Both the position numbers and the translations under genes were made by a program. From Methanobacteriota archaeon (GTDB taxonomy: Archaea > Methanobacteriota_B > Thermococci > Methanofastidiosales > Methanofastidiosaceae): a DNA stretch of 60,544 nt. The first letter of the stretch is position 1; every line of letters begins with the position of its first letter. The stretch lies in the NCBI GenBank assembly GCA_023622545.1, contig JAMNZA010000122.1, positions 1-60,544 of the forward strand, read 5' to 3'. This document shows, in pieces, positions 1 through 9,913 of this stretch. The notes under the pieces were generated by a model. The model was not told where the DNA came from. It did not search any database and saw nothing but the letters and a program-made list of their open reading frames with translations.

Positions 1-1325
1 TCGTATCCGTAGAATCCGAATCTTCCCATCTGCTCCTTGTGTATGTTACATGCAAGGTACCATGCTGAAAGACCAGCTTGAGCGTTACCTGTTGCCATGG
101 ATACACTTGTACCGGCTGCTGCAGAGATACATGTAGCTCTCTGTGATCCACCGAAGTGTGTTTCCATAACTGCTGGGTAAAGTTCATACTGTTCTAAACA
201 GTACATGGATACGTCTGTTCCGATATCGTTTATGAGTTTTACGCTTGGTTTCTGTTTTGCAAGGTCTCCGTACTTATCCTTTACGTGTTCCATTCCCCAG
301 TATACAAAGTCCTCGAGGATGTTATCGGTGTATGCTGCTGTTGCATACTGTGTGAATCCGACACCACCGGACATGTATGATCCGAGGTATATCTGGTCGT
401 AAATTAAAGCTGCGAGTGCGATTGCCTCAAGAGAATGTCTTGCTGGGTCATCTGGGTACTTTGCCATGGACTGTGCACAGTCTGTTACGATTCCGTACAT
501 AAGTCCTCCTGGCTCGTTTGGACCTCTTGCTCTTCTTGCTGGCATCATGTCAGACATCTGAATGACTGAACCGTGCTTTGCAGCGTATGCGAAATCTCCA
601 GTTGCGGCTTCTCCGGCACATAAGTTGTATGCACCAATGAATGCCATACCAATCTGCATTGCGCTCCATCTGGAAACTGTTCCTCCATCACAGACTCTTC
701 CAACAACTGTTGGAATTCTGACTACCTGCCACATTGATTTTCCAATAGCCTTCTTTAATTGGGCTGCTTGGTCTGCAGGGAATTCTTTGTTTATGTCTAT
801 AACGAATCTTGAGTCAATTTCATCAATTAACTCATCATTTCCAGAGTAGACCTTAACATAAGAGTCTTTTACTAACCTTGGATCAGTTTCAACCATGTGT
901 TCCTGAATGACAGCTGCACCAGGCATTGAGTGGTTTACTACTTCAAGGTAGTGGTTAATTGTTTCTGGTGTGACCTCTTTTCCAAGCCTCTTTTCAAGAA
1001 TGTTGTGTGGTGAATCGAGACCTACAAGGATAGTTCTTCTCATATCGTCCCATGCCTGTTGCATGGCGGCGTTGTTTACGAAGTGAAGATCATCCATGTT
1101 AGCGATTATATCTGTATGGGAAAGCTGGTAAGGCATTAATACTCTCTGACCTTGTGGCATACCTACTGATGGGTTGTATCCAGGTATTCCTCTTTCCTTT
1201 GCAATCTGTTGACCTGCATCATGGAATTCTACTACGTAGTATTTTGTCTGTTTCTTGTCAGGAGCTTCCTCAAACTTCTTTTTCATTGCTTTCATAAAGT
1301 TGTGTTTTTCATCTTTATATACCAT
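1..1325 (-). CDS. mcrA: Methyl-coenzyme M reductase alpha subunit, C-terminal part outside the window (about 441 aa present)
   Basis: Absent from the ORF track because the stop lies beyond position 1. My minus-strand translation from ATG at 1325 gives [10 protein letters not shown]...[27 protein letters not shown]...[21 protein letters not shown]...FGGSQRA...GRFGFYGYD, all hallmark McrA blocks. AGGAGG-type RBS lies at complement of 1332-1340. Directly follows mcrG. Confidence 0.95.
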   Translation of the reverse strand, partial: MVYKDEKHNFMKAMKKKFEEAPDKKQTKYYVVEFHDAGQQIAKERGIPGYNPSVGMPQGQRVLMPYQLSHTDIIANMDDLHFVNNAAMQQAWDDMRRTILVGLDSPHNILEKRLGKEVTPETINHYLEVVNHSMPGAAVIQEHMVETDPRLVKDSYVKVYSGNDELIDEIDSRFVIDINKEFPADQAAQLKKAIGKSMWQVVRIPTVVGRVCDGGTVSRWSAMQIGMAFIGAYNLCAGEAATGDFAYAAKHGSVIQMSDMMPARRARGPNEPGGLMYGIVTDCAQSMAKYPDDPARHSLEAIALAALIYDQIYLGSYMSGGVGFTQYATAAYTDNILEDFVYWGMEHVKDKYGDLAKQKPSVKLINDIGTDVSMYCLEQYELYPAVMETHFGGSQRATCISAAAGTSVSMATGNAQAGLSAWYLACNIHKEQMGRFGFYGY

Positions 1326-1338
1326 TCATATCCCCTCC

Positions 1339-2112
1339 TTAAAATTTGGCCTCCTTAAATGGCTCGAATCCACCAAAGGATCTCTCCCAGTGAACATTCT
1401 GTACCATTTGAAGAACTTCGGCGTCTTGCTTTATTGTGACACCATCTGCTCTGTATATTGTTGTCCTTTTCTTTAATTCTGCTTCAGATAAAGGCTTACC
1501 AACTGAAATTGGGGCTGGTATTTCTTCTCCGACCATGTTCTTTACGTATTTTACTTCTCCTGAACTCTTATCGAAGACATATCTCTGCATTGCATCGAAC
1601 ATGATACCATTTTCATCAAGTCTTAGAGCGTGACCGTGAACTGTTCTTCCTCTAATTCCTGTTCTTGCTGCATCAAATGTTTCAGACTCAATAAGTTCTT
1701 TTGCAATTGCTTCAACATCTCTTTCTCTTGCCTCAACTACGTGTCTTCCTGATAGTGTTCCGCTATCCATTCCTCTGTACCTGTATGAGTACATCCATGA
1801 TCTCTGATATGGAGATATAGGGGCAAAGTAAACGGAGTCAGTGAACTGAACGTATCTAATTCTGTCTCCTGCTTTTGCACCAGGTGTTGGTTCTACAATT
1901 TCCCTTATAGGGCATTCTGGTTCTCCCATTTCTTCTAATGGTGGGTGAACGCTCTTGTAGTCCTCTCCAGGCTCTCTGTGACCAAGAACTCTTACAACAT
2001 CTTCATCAGATACTGATCTTAGTTTTTGGAGCTTGTATGAGGGATCCATATATTTTTTTCTGTTCATTGAGGGTTCAGATTTTCCAGGGTGAAATTGTGC
2101 TTTATATGCCAT
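1339..2112 (-). CDS. mcrG: Methyl-coenzyme M reductase gamma subunit
   Basis: 257 aa. VSDEDVVRVLGHREPGEDYKSVHPPLEEMGEPECPIREIVEPTPGAKAGDRIRYVQFTDSVYFAP matches the conserved McrG N-terminal block. Lies between mcrD and mcrA. Confidence 0.95.
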   Translation of the reverse strand: MAYKAQFHPGKSEPSMNRKKYMDPSYKLQKLRSVSDEDVVRVLGHREPGEDYKSVHPPLEEMGEPECPIREIVEPTPGAKAGDRIRYVQFTDSVYFAPISPYQRSWMYSYRYRGMDSGTLSGRHVVEARERDVEAIAKELIESETFDAARTGIRGRTVHGHALRLDENGIMFDAMQRYVFDKSSGEVKYVKNMVGEEIPAPISVGKPLSEAELKKRTTIYRADGVTIKQDAEVLQMVQNVHWERSFGGFEPFKEAKF

Positions 2113-2123
2113 ATTTATTCCTC

Positions 2124-2441
2124 CTAATTTAGACCCTTTATATAATCAGATACGCCTTTCTTATATTTTGTAAATCGTCCTACTTCCATGTTATAGCCAA
2201 AAGGCAAGTATTCATCACAAATGTCCTTTATAATTCTCTGGACATCTTCATTGTTGTCCTCAACTTCAATCCATATCCAACCCACCATATAATTTTCTAT
2301 TTCTTTTGAATTTATAGGGGGGCCATGAACTGAAACATTTGTGACAAAGTCAAACCTAGTGAGTTCATCAGCGATTTTATCTGCAGTTTCTTTTGAAATC
2401 AATTTGAAAGGGAATATCTGTATTTCGGGCCTAATTTTCAA
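2124..2441 (-). CDS. mcrD: MCR operon protein D, unusually short (105 aa)
   Basis: Lies between mcrB and mcrG. Has EIQIFPFKLISKETADK (compare IFPHR.L..ET of McrD), VSVHGPP, and LPFGYNMEVGRFTKYKKGVSDYIKG (compare LPFGY..G.F.....V.DY). Lacks the central insert and C-terminal tail that I recall in roughly 140-165 aa McrD proteins. Confidence 0.8.
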   Translation of the reverse strand: MKIRPEIQIFPFKLISKETADKIADELTRFDFVTNVSVHGPPINSKEIENYMVGWIWIEVEDNNEDVQRIIKDICDEYLPFGYNMEVGRFTKYKKGVSDYIKGLN

Positions 2442-2452
2442 TATTACTCCTC

Positions 2453-3781
2453 CTAAATACCTCCCTTTGCCTTAACAGCGGCTTGGTTTACATACTTCAT
2501 TGGTTCTGCAAACTCAGGGACTGTTGAGAATACCTCTTTAATTAATCCGGATGTTGCTTCTGGTGAGAACATCTGTGTTCCTGCATCTAATGCCATTGCG
2601 GCAGCGATACATGGAATAACGAAACCTTTTGAGTGTCTTGTAACGATGTGGTTTCCGTTGAATATACCAGGTCCTCCTCCACCATAAATTGAGTGTGAGA
2701 AGAATGACATACCAACAGTTGTACCCTGGGCTCTTCCAAAGTCTACACCAGGTAGACCTGTTTCATGCTCAATTAAGTCGTTGAAGTACAAGACTGTAGA
2801 AGGTACGGCCTGTCCTGCTCTCATTGCGCCACAGTTTACCATTACTGCGGCAAGCATACCAGATGAGGCATATGCATTCCACAATGGAATATCTTTAGCC
2901 TTGTATACCTTGTAACCAGAGGGTAATGTCTTATCTACTGTTATTACCTTATCTTCAATTGCCTTTCCAATTAAGGACTCGACAACTGATCCAATTGTTC
3001 CTTTCTTTCCGTTTGCTTTAACTAGTTCGTATGTGATATTGTTTGCGTTCATTCCTTGGTATGCAAGTCCTAAGAGATGTAATCTCTCGAATGGGCCTAT
3101 TGCATCTCCCATTTCAAACATTGCAGTCTGCTCAAGGATTGAGGCGAGTGCAGCTGAGTTCATTGCGTTTTTCTTTGTTGTTGCAACAATGTGATTAACC
3201 ATGATGTTTCTTAGAGAATATCCAAGACCTTCGTTCTTTTGAGGAACTTCAAGCATAGCCTGAATTTTTGCCCCTTTAAGGTCAAGGGTCTGTGGGTAAG
3301 CTCCCCATATAGCAGCCTTTACAACATTTGCATCAAATATGCTAACATCGAACACATCAATAATAGCTTGTGTTACGGCGGCTGCTGTTGCAGTCATACC
3401 AACAGTGTATTCACAAAACATTCTCTTTGTTGGTACTTGTACCAACATTCTTTCATTGTTTCCTAAAAGCGTTACTAAAGTATCGTCTTTTGCATCAATT
3501 TTAAGAATTTCTTCTACTCTTTTCTTGATCTCTGGGGCTTTCCCGACAACATCGAGTTTCATTTCTCTACCCATAATTATTTGGCCTTTTCCACCTAATG
3601 CTCCGGTGGCAAGTGCTGACTGGGTGCCTTTAAGATCGACAGCAACTGTTCTGACAACTTTGGAGACTATGCTCTGTATTGCCTCATTTTTTAGAGGGCT
3701 AAGAGCTTCCAATGGGACTCCACTCTCAACGAGTTTACCCCTGTCAGAATACAAATCTATTTTGTCGCTATATTTTGGCAT
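2453..3781 (-). CDS. mcrB: Methyl-coenzyme M reductase beta subunit
   Basis: 442 aa. Motifs: [109 protein letters not shown] upstream. Confidence 0.97.
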   Translation of the reverse strand: MPKYSDKIDLYSDRGKLVESGVPLEALSPLKNEAIQSIVSKVVRTVAVDLKGTQSALATGALGGKGQIIMGREMKLDVVGKAPEIKKRVEEILKIDAKDDTLVTLLGNNERMLVQVPTKRMFCEYTVGMTATAAAVTQAIIDVFDVSIFDANVVKAAIWGAYPQTLDLKGAKIQAMLEVPQKNEGLGYSLRNIMVNHIVATTKKNAMNSAALASILEQTAMFEMGDAIGPFERLHLLGLAYQGMNANNITYELVKANGKKGTIGSVVESLIGKAIEDKVITVDKTLPSGYKVYKAKDIPLWNAYASSGMLAAVMVNCGAMRAGQAVPSTVLYFNDLIEHETGLPGVDFGRAQGTTVGMSFFSHSIYGGGGPGIFNGNHIVTRHSKGFVIPCIAAAMALDAGTQMFSPEATSGLIKEVFSTVPEFAEPMKYVNQAAVKAKGGI

Positions 3782-3801
3782 ATAGTATTCCTCCTATTTA
3801 T

Positions 3802-3858
3802 TGATATCCAAAAACAGGATATCATGTCCAAGATTCCTAAAGTCCGTTAAACGGACTT
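3802..3858 (-). promoter_or_regulatory. Two perfect hairpins in the mcrB leader
   Basis: Hairpin 1: TGATATCC (3802-3809) pairs with GGATATCA (3817-3824), 7-nt A-rich loop, 20 nt from the mcrB ATG. Hairpin 2: AAGTCCGTT (3840-3848) pairs with AACGGACTT (3850-3858). Whether they lie in the transcribed leader depends on the unknown TSS. TATA-like TTTATTTTTATA on the minus strand lies near 3955-3970. Confidence 0.4.
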
Positions 3859-4063
3859 CAGTGATACCTAATACCAATAATATTTAAGTGTTTCTATTTA
3901 GAATATTTATTAATAATATGGGGAAGATGACAAATATAGCAATAATTTCTCTATTAGCTATAAAAATAAAGCTGTATCGGAATAAAAAAGATTTAAATAG
4001 ATGAAAATAATAAATAAATCCAAAACATAAAGATTAAGTACAATTATTTTTAAATTTTACTTT

Positions 4064-4840
4064 CTAAATATTCTCTATACGCTGGTATATATCCTTAAAT
4101 TCTATTTGATAATCTTCAATTTTTCCTTCGTCACATAGTTTAGAAATTTTTGGGTCGATTGGTATACGGTTTATTATAGTTAGCCCCAACTTATCGTTTC
4201 CACCTTTTCCGAATATATCAAATTCTTTTCCACAATCTGGGCATGACATATAAGCCATATTCTCTATCGCACCTAGAACCTTAACGTTCAATTCTTCCGC
4301 CATTGAAACTGCTTTTTTTACTATTGTTGCGGCAAGAATTTGTGGGGAAGTAACAACTACAAATCCATCAAGTTTGATATTTTGCATTAAGGTAAGTTGA
4401 ACATCGCTAGTTCCAGGAGGTAGATCAAACAATAGATAATCAAGATCGCCCCAAGCTACATCTGCAAGAAATTGGGATACTGCACCACTTATCCTTAATC
4501 CTCTCCAAATAATAGCATCCTCATTATTTGGCAAAAAAAGACTCATTGACATAATCTTAATTCCACTATTAGAGCTCACTGGAATTATGCCAGAGTTGTT
4601 ACCAATTGGTTTTTCGTCTATTCCAAACATCATAGGTATGCTGGGCCCAGTTATATCAAGATCTAGTATCCCAACAGTTTTTCCTTGTTTTGCGAAATAA
4701 GAAGCTATTAAAGAGGTGACAACAGATTTACCTACACCGCCTTTACCACTTCCAATAGCAATTTTTTTCCCTATTTTGGACATTCTTTCGTCAATATTCA
4801 TTTTTTGAACTTTCAAATTTTCTTTAGTATTAGATTCCAT
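4064..4840 (-). CDS. Mrp/NBP35/ApbC-family Fe-S cluster carrier ATPase
   Basis: 258 aa. Deviant Walker A GKGGVGKS, and the CPDCGKEFDIFG CxxC motif typical of ApbC/Mrp. Confidence 0.85.
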   Translation of the reverse strand: MESNTKENLKVQKMNIDERMSKIGKKIAIGSGKGGVGKSVVTSLIASYFAKQGKTVGILDLDITGPSIPMMFGIDEKPIGNNSGIIPVSSNSGIKIMSMSLFLPNNEDAIIWRGLRISGAVSQFLADVAWGDLDYLLFDLPPGTSDVQLTLMQNIKLDGFVVVTSPQILAATIVKKAVSMAEELNVKVLGAIENMAYMSCPDCGKEFDIFGKGGNDKLGLTIINRIPIDPKISKLCDEGKIEDYQIEFKDIYQRIENI

Positions 4841-4844
4841 TTTA

Positions 4845-5096
4845 TCACTTGATTAAAATAAATCTACTTAGAGTACTTGATCTACAAAATCCCATTCTAG
4901 TTCCATGTCTGCCACTATCAATTCTATGTATATTTGTACCGTTACATTTTGGGCATTTCAAATTAATTCCCATTTGGCCATTTCCCTGGGGTAGTTCCCA
5001 TTCGTAATTACATTCATAGCACTTAAATTTTCTATTCTCCATATTGATTCGCCTTATTTTAATTATCTGATTACCTTGATATGAATATTTATTCAT
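4845..5096 (-). CDS. Small zinc-ribbon protein (start more likely at 5042, 65 aa)
   Basis: CYEC...CPKC four-Cys ribbon. An internal ATG at 5042 (MENRKFKCYEC) has a better purine-rich spacer than the ATG at 5096. 4 nt upstream of the Mrp gene. Confidence 0.5.
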   Translation of the reverse strand: MNKYSYQGNQIIKIRRINMENRKFKCYECNYEWELPQGNGQMGINLKCPKCNGTNIHRIDSGRHGTRMGFCRSSTLSRFILIK

Positions 5097-5121
5097 AATA
5101 TATAAATTTTACTATTAATAA

Positions 5122-5631
5122 TTATAAAACTAAAATAGCCAGAAAACCTGTTCCAATAATAAAAAAAATTGGATCGATTTTTGTTTTGACAAGTAAAATG
5201 AATGTTACAAAAATTATAATTATTGCTCGTACATCAAAATTTATTATAAATTGGGAACCAAGAGAGTATAATGTTAGAAATATAAGTACAGCAGTTCCGA
5301 GTTTTAGTGAATTAATTAAAGAATCTTTTTTTATATTAATTTTATTTCTCAGTATGTTATACGCTAAAATAATTAATATTGGAGGTAAAACTAAGAAAAA
5401 TGTATTAAGAATTGCTCCCGCTAATCCATAGTATTTGTATCCAATATATGTTGCCATATTAACGGCAATAGGACCAGGCGTTAGTTGAGCTACGGCCAAA
5501 ATTTCTTTGAATTCGTTTATACTCATATAATTCTGGTTGATCATTAAATCTTTAATTATCCCTACTACTGCCCATCCACCTCCAAACGCTATAGATCCAA
5601 TGTATAAGAATATTAGAAAAATATTTAGCAT
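5122..5631 (-). CDS. Chromate transporter (CHR) family protein, second half-size paralogue
   Basis: 169 aa polytopic membrane protein with GGGWAVVGII and LTPGPIAVN motifs typical of CHR half-proteins. Overlaps the upstream paralogue by 7 nt. Confidence 0.7.
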   Translation of the reverse strand: MLNIFLIFLYIGSIAFGGGWAVVGIIKDLMINQNYMSINEFKEILAVAQLTPGPIAVNMATYIGYKYYGLAGAILNTFFLVLPPILIILAYNILRNKINIKKDSLINSLKLGTAVLIFLTLYSLGSQFIINFDVRAIIIIFVTFILLVKTKIDPIFFIIGTGFLAILVL

Positions 5632-6182
5632 TTTATTCTGCCTCCCTCATATAAATAATTTAATACAACTAAAAAAACAAATATGAAAAATGTCAAGTTT
5701 CTATTAAAAACTAATATAATTACACCTAATAAAAATAGGAAAATATTGATTTTGTTGACATTTAAATTCTTGATAACTTTATAGAATACTAATGAAGTTA
5801 AACCTACAGTTGCAATATAACATCCCTCTAAAAATTTTTGGATGTAAATGCTATCTGAATAACTTTGTATGAGACTGGCTATAATTATTATTGCGAAAAA
5901 TGGAGGGATCATAACACCTAGTGATGCAAACATAGCCCCCCAAAATCCTTTGAGTTTTTTTCCTATTAATAATGATAAATTGAATATTACGGAGCCAGGT
6001 AGGGACTGTGTAATAGCTAGAACATCATAGAACTCTTCTTCTTCAATAAGATCTTTTTTTAAAAGAGCTCTCTCCACAGAAGGGACCATTGCATATCCCC
6101 CTCCAATAGTTAACACTGAGATTTTAAAAAATAGAAAAAAAATTGCCATTAATTCTTTATTTCTCAGCGAAAGATTTCTCAT
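5625..6182 (-). CDS. Chromate transporter (CHR) family protein, first half-size paralogue
   Basis: 185 aa. Motifs TIGGGYAMVP and SLPGSVIFN. Paired short CHR genes are a known arrangement. Confidence 0.7.
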   Translation of the reverse strand: MRNLSLRNKELMAIFFLFFKISVLTIGGGYAMVPSVERALLKKDLIEEEEFYDVLAITQSLPGSVIFNLSLLIGKKLKGFWGAMFASLGVMIPPFFAIIIIASLIQSYSDSIYIQKFLEGCYIATVGLTSLVFYKVIKNLNVNKINIFLFLLGVIILVFNRNLTFFIFVFLVVLNYLYEGGRIKC

Positions 6183-6316
6183 TTGATCTTCTCTACGATT
6201 CTTATTTAATAATTACTTTTATATATTTATAAAATAGCAATATATTTTATGAATTTATATTCGTAATCCAAAAACTTAAATAGAGTTGATACTGAAATAG
6301 AAACATAATAATAAAA

Positions 6317-7927
6317 ATGGGGATTAAATTGAGCGAATACCTTTTAGAAGTTGAAAATGTATCGATTGTTTTTGACAATAAGAAGATTCTTGATAATATA
6401 TCTTTCAAAGTTAAAGAGGGAGAATCTTTAGGATTACTTGGAAAAAGTGGCAGCGGTAAATCAGTTCTAATCAATATCCTAAGGGGAACTAAAGAGTATA
6501 GACCTACAGAAGGTAAAGTATACTATAATGTATCTTATTGTCCTAAATGCATGAAAGTTGATTTCCCAAGTAAGAAGGGAACTCCTTGTAAGAAATGCAA
6601 TGAAGAAATGATCTTAAAGAAAGTAGATTTCTGGGAAGATACGGCTCTTTTCAATCCTATAAGAAAAAGAACAGCAATTATGCTACAACGTACATTCTCT
6701 CTGTATGGTGAAAAAACTGTAATGGAAAACATGCAAGACGCATTTAGTGGATCTGAAACCCCAAAAAATATGGTTATCCCAAAAATTATAGAATTACTTC
6801 AAAAGGTGAACATGGTTCAGAGGATGACGCATATTGCAAGAGATTTATCTGGTGGGGAAAAACAGAGAATTGTTCTTGCTAGGCAACTTGCAATAAATCC
6901 AATGTTACTTTTAGCCGATGAACCAACTGGAACTCTTGATCCTCTAACTGCAAGCACCGTCCATAATGTTCTGTTAGACGCAGTGAAAAATGGTATGTCA
7001 CTAATTGTTACCTCTCATTGGCCCGAAGCTATTGAGCTATTAACTCAAAGGGCTGTTTGGCTTGATGCTGGAAAAGTAGCTTTAGAAGGAGATTCAAAAG
7101 AGGTAGTAAAATCCTTCATGCAGAAACTACTACCTGAAGAAAAGGTAAGATACCCCGGTATTGGTAGCGGGATTATTGAACTTTGGGATGTAAAAAAATA
7201 CTATTATTCTATATCCCGTGGGGTAGTAAAGGCTATTGATGGGGTTACATTTACCGTTAACGAGAAAGAGATTTTCGGATTAGTTGGAAAAAGCGGTGCA
7301 GGTAAGACTACAGTATCAAGAATAATTGCAGGAATAACTCCATTTACTGAAGGGGATTTAAGCGTAAGAATCGGTGATGAATGGATAGATATGAAAGAAC
7401 CAGGTTTTCTTGGAAAAGGAAAAGCTATGCTTTACATGGGCGTTCTTCATCAAGAATATACACTTTATCCAGACAAGAATGTGCTGCAGAATCTTACTGA
7501 TTCAATTGGAATCAAATTGCCAAAAGAATTAGGAAAAATGAAAGTTCTTTCAGTTCTTGAAGGTGTAGGCTTTGAAGACCCTAAAGAATTGGATGAAATA
7601 TTAAATAAGATGCCAGATGCTTTATCAGTAGGAGAAAAACATAGGATAGCACTTGCTCAAGTATTAATTAAAGAACCAAGAATAGTAATTCTTGATGAAC
7701 CTACAGGTACAATGGATCCTTTCACAAGAAAGATTGTTGCTAAGTCTATAAGAAGGGCTAGAGAAGTTTTAGGTGAAACCTTTATTATCGTAACACATGA
7801 TTCAGATTTTGTTGTCGATGTATGCGATAGAGCTTGTTTTATGAAAGACGGAAAAGTTGTTTATATAGGGGAACCTGAAGAAATCAAGGAAAGAATGGTA
7901 TCTTTTGAAGAAAGCAATAAACAGTAA
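6317..7927 (+). CDS. atwA: MCR activation component A2 (double ABC ATPase)
   Basis: 536 aa with two ABC cassettes (GKSGSGKS / LSGGEKQR / LLADEPTG and GKSGAGKT / LSVGEKHR / ILDEPTG). A CPKC...CKKC zinc-ribbon insert in the first cassette and the size both fit AtwA. Lies near mcr. Confidence 0.8.
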   Translation: MGIKLSEYLLEVENVSIVFDNKKILDNISFKVKEGESLGLLGKSGSGKSVLINILRGTKEYRPTEGKVYYNVSYCPKCMKVDFPSKKGTPCKKCNEEMILKKVDFWEDTALFNPIRKRTAIMLQRTFSLYGEKTVMENMQDAFSGSETPKNMVIPKIIELLQKVNMVQRMTHIARDLSGGEKQRIVLARQLAINPMLLLADEPTGTLDPLTASTVHNVLLDAVKNGMSLIVTSHWPEAIELLTQRAVWLDAGKVALEGDSKEVVKSFMQKLLPEEKVRYPGIGSGIIELWDVKKYYYSISRGVVKAIDGVTFTVNEKEIFGLVGKSGAGKTTVSRIIAGITPFTEGDLSVRIGDEWIDMKEPGFLGKGKAMLYMGVLHQEYTLYPDKNVLQNLTDSIGIKLPKELGKMKVLSVLEGVGFEDPKELDEILNKMPDALSVGEKHRIALAQVLIKEPRIVILDEPTGTMDPFTRKIVAKSIRRAREVLGETFIIVTHDSDFVVDVCDRACFMKDGKVVYIGEPEEIKERMVSFEESNKQ

Positions 7928-8103
7928 TCTAATTTTTTCTAATTTCCTATAATAGAATAATTTATTTTTATATTAATCTTTTATTATAAATACATTTCAT
8001 AATTCACAGTTTTGAAAAGCAATATACATTAATGATTGATTATCAATACTTTTATATTTTTTTAATTATTGACAGATAAATTTTACAATACTTATTAAGA
8101 GGA

Positions 8104-9099
8104 TTATTTTGAAAGGACGTGGAGAAATCTAGTAAGGCTTTTATGAACCCTAAATTTATGGACATTTTCGACATGGAACCCAATCTCATCAAATGGGTAT
8201 TCCATATTAAGGCCAATAACGCATCTTTTTTTAAAAGAGTCAAAAATTGTGGTAAAACATTCTTTGTACATTCTATCTTTATCTTTATCTATTTTAGTTG
8301 AACGCCCGTATGGTGCATCAGTAACTATTGATTCAAAACTTCTTCCAAAGATATCAAATGTTTTTCTCGCATCACCCAATCTTATATCAAATTTTTCGAT
8401 TCCATAATTTGATAAATTTGTTTTTGTTCCAATGACACTTTTTTCGTCTATATCAATACCATATAAGTCCAATCCAATCAATCCGGCTTCTATTAGAATT
8501 CCACCAGTTCCGGTGAATGGATCTAATACTTCTGTCTGCGCTTGAGAAACATTAATCATTGCTCTTGCAATTCTTGGATCTATAGAAGTTGGTGAGAAAA
8601 ATGGTCTTAATTGTGGTTTTCTTTTATTAAAATCTTTTTTACTCCTCTCAAATATTTTTTTACCAATAATTAATTTCTTTTTATATAATATGCCCGTAAT
8701 CTCGTCCATTGGATTATTTAGGTCTGCTTTAATTTTATCTCCAAAATACTTAGATATGGATCTAGCAATAAATAATTCAAGATTCTCTATATTGTTATCT
8801 TTATGTTTTACCCGAACTTTGAAAGTTCTTTTCAAGCTTAGATATGAATTCCATTCAATCTCAGATAATATCTTATCTAATCCCAAATCTATATCAGAAT
8901 CAACAATTACATCTAATACAAAATGGGTAAGGCCTAAACGAAATAAAAAATCTAATCTAGTACTATTTACATTCAATAGTAGCAATTGCTCTTGATTAAA
9001 TAATATTTCATACTTAAATCCATATCCGGATAATAAAGATATTACTTCTTCTCTAGCAAATGAGGTATTACTACCTGATAAAAAAAATAAAAGTTTCAT
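8104..9099 (-). CDS. trm11: THUMP-domain tRNA (guanine10-N2)-methyltransferase (Trm11/TrmG10 type)
   Basis: 331 aa. N-terminal THUMP-like region, SAM motif VLDPFTGTGGILIEAG, and catalytic DAPYG. Confidence 0.75.
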   Translation of the reverse strand: MKLLFFLSGSNTSFAREEVISLLSGYGFKYEILFNQEQLLLLNVNSTRLDFLFRLGLTHFVLDVIVDSDIDLGLDKILSEIEWNSYLSLKRTFKVRVKHKDNNIENLELFIARSISKYFGDKIKADLNNPMDEITGILYKKKLIIGKKIFERSKKDFNKRKPQLRPFFSPTSIDPRIARAMINVSQAQTEVLDPFTGTGGILIEAGLIGLDLYGIDIDEKSVIGTKTNLSNYGIEKFDIRLGDARKTFDIFGRSFESIVTDAPYGRSTKIDKDKDRMYKECFTTIFDSFKKRCVIGLNMEYPFDEIGFHVENVHKFRVHKSLTRFLHVLSK

Positions 9100-9849
9100 C
9101 TATATCTCCATTGGTGCAAGATACATTGTGAATCGCCCATCTTCGGCTATTGGATACTCAAGTTTTAATGGAAGTTTTGTTCCTCCTACTGATACTTTAA
9201 GAAAATCTGAAACTGAAAATGCATTTAAAAAACTTAAGACGTAATTGACATTATATTTTGAACGTTGTATACTTTTTGATTCGAATTTTCGTATGGCTTT
9301 TGAAGTTGAAGATAGTTCCGCTAAAGCTTTTGAGGTATAATCTTCACAAAGTATAGATATGTCATTTTTATGGACTGATAGGAGAATTGTTCCACCTATT
9401 AAAGCCATGTCTTTAATAATTTCCTTAAAGATTCTACTATCTATTTCAATAAAAGTCGAATATTTAGGATTTAATGAAGGGATATTAAAATTTGAAGTTG
9501 AAATAAGATTAAATTCAAAATTTCTTTTAATGTCACTTTCAAGTGTAAGTTCGATTTTTCCCCCTTTAGAACTAAAATCTATAACCACTATTTCATCTGG
9601 ATTAGTTCTTCTACAAATTCTAGATATGGAATCGATATTTAGACCAATTGTTTCTTCATTTTCCATATGGTAATCATTAAACATTTTTTTTGGCATGAAG
9701 AATTCTATTTTTGAGATGAGAGATGGATCAGTTCCCTCGATATAAATACCTTTATCATTCATTGTTAGTAAGCATTCATCAGTAATCTCAGATATTGACT
9801 CTATTATAGGTTTTATACGTGCGATATTTTCTAAAGCAAAGTGTGACAT
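9100..9849 (-). CDS. pcn: DNA polymerase sliding clamp PCNA
   Basis: 249 aa from the ATG at 9849; the track start at 9870 is a TTG extension. Length and two-domain beta-rich pattern fit archaeal PCNA. Ends flush against the trm11 start. Confidence 0.75.
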   Translation of the reverse strand: MSHFALENIARIKPIIESISEITDECLLTMNDKGIYIEGTDPSLISKIEFFMPKKMFNDYHMENEETIGLNIDSISRICRRTNPDEIVVIDFSSKGGKIELTLESDIKRNFEFNLISTSNFNIPSLNPKYSTFIEIDSRIFKEIIKDMALIGGTILLSVHKNDISILCEDYTSKALAELSSTSKAIRKFESKSIQRSKYNVNYVLSFLNAFSVSDFLKVSVGGTKLPLKLEYPIAEDGRFTMYLAPMEI

Positions 9850-9913
9850 TAAAACACGTAAAATTATCAAGAATTAGTTATAAAAGATTATCGTATTGAT
9901 TAATATAAGGCAA

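Noticed and set aside
1-1325. Possibility that the MCR is a divergent alkyl-coenzyme M reductase
   Set aside because: The visible McrA portion carries the canonical methanogenic motifs and modified-residue contexts with near-consensus sequence. Alkane-type ACRs are much more divergent in these blocks. Full confirmation needs phylogeny.
1361-1371. tRNA T-arm-like GGCTCGAATCC
   Set aside because: It lies inside the mcrG coding sequence, and I could draw no acceptor or anticodon stems around it. I found no other tRNA-like G+C islands in the intergenic regions.
3339-3785. 148-aa + strand ORF, and the 75-aa ORF at 3239-3466
   Set aside because: Both are antisense to mcrB. They have no recognisable motifs and are shadow ORFs of a codon-biased, highly expressed gene.
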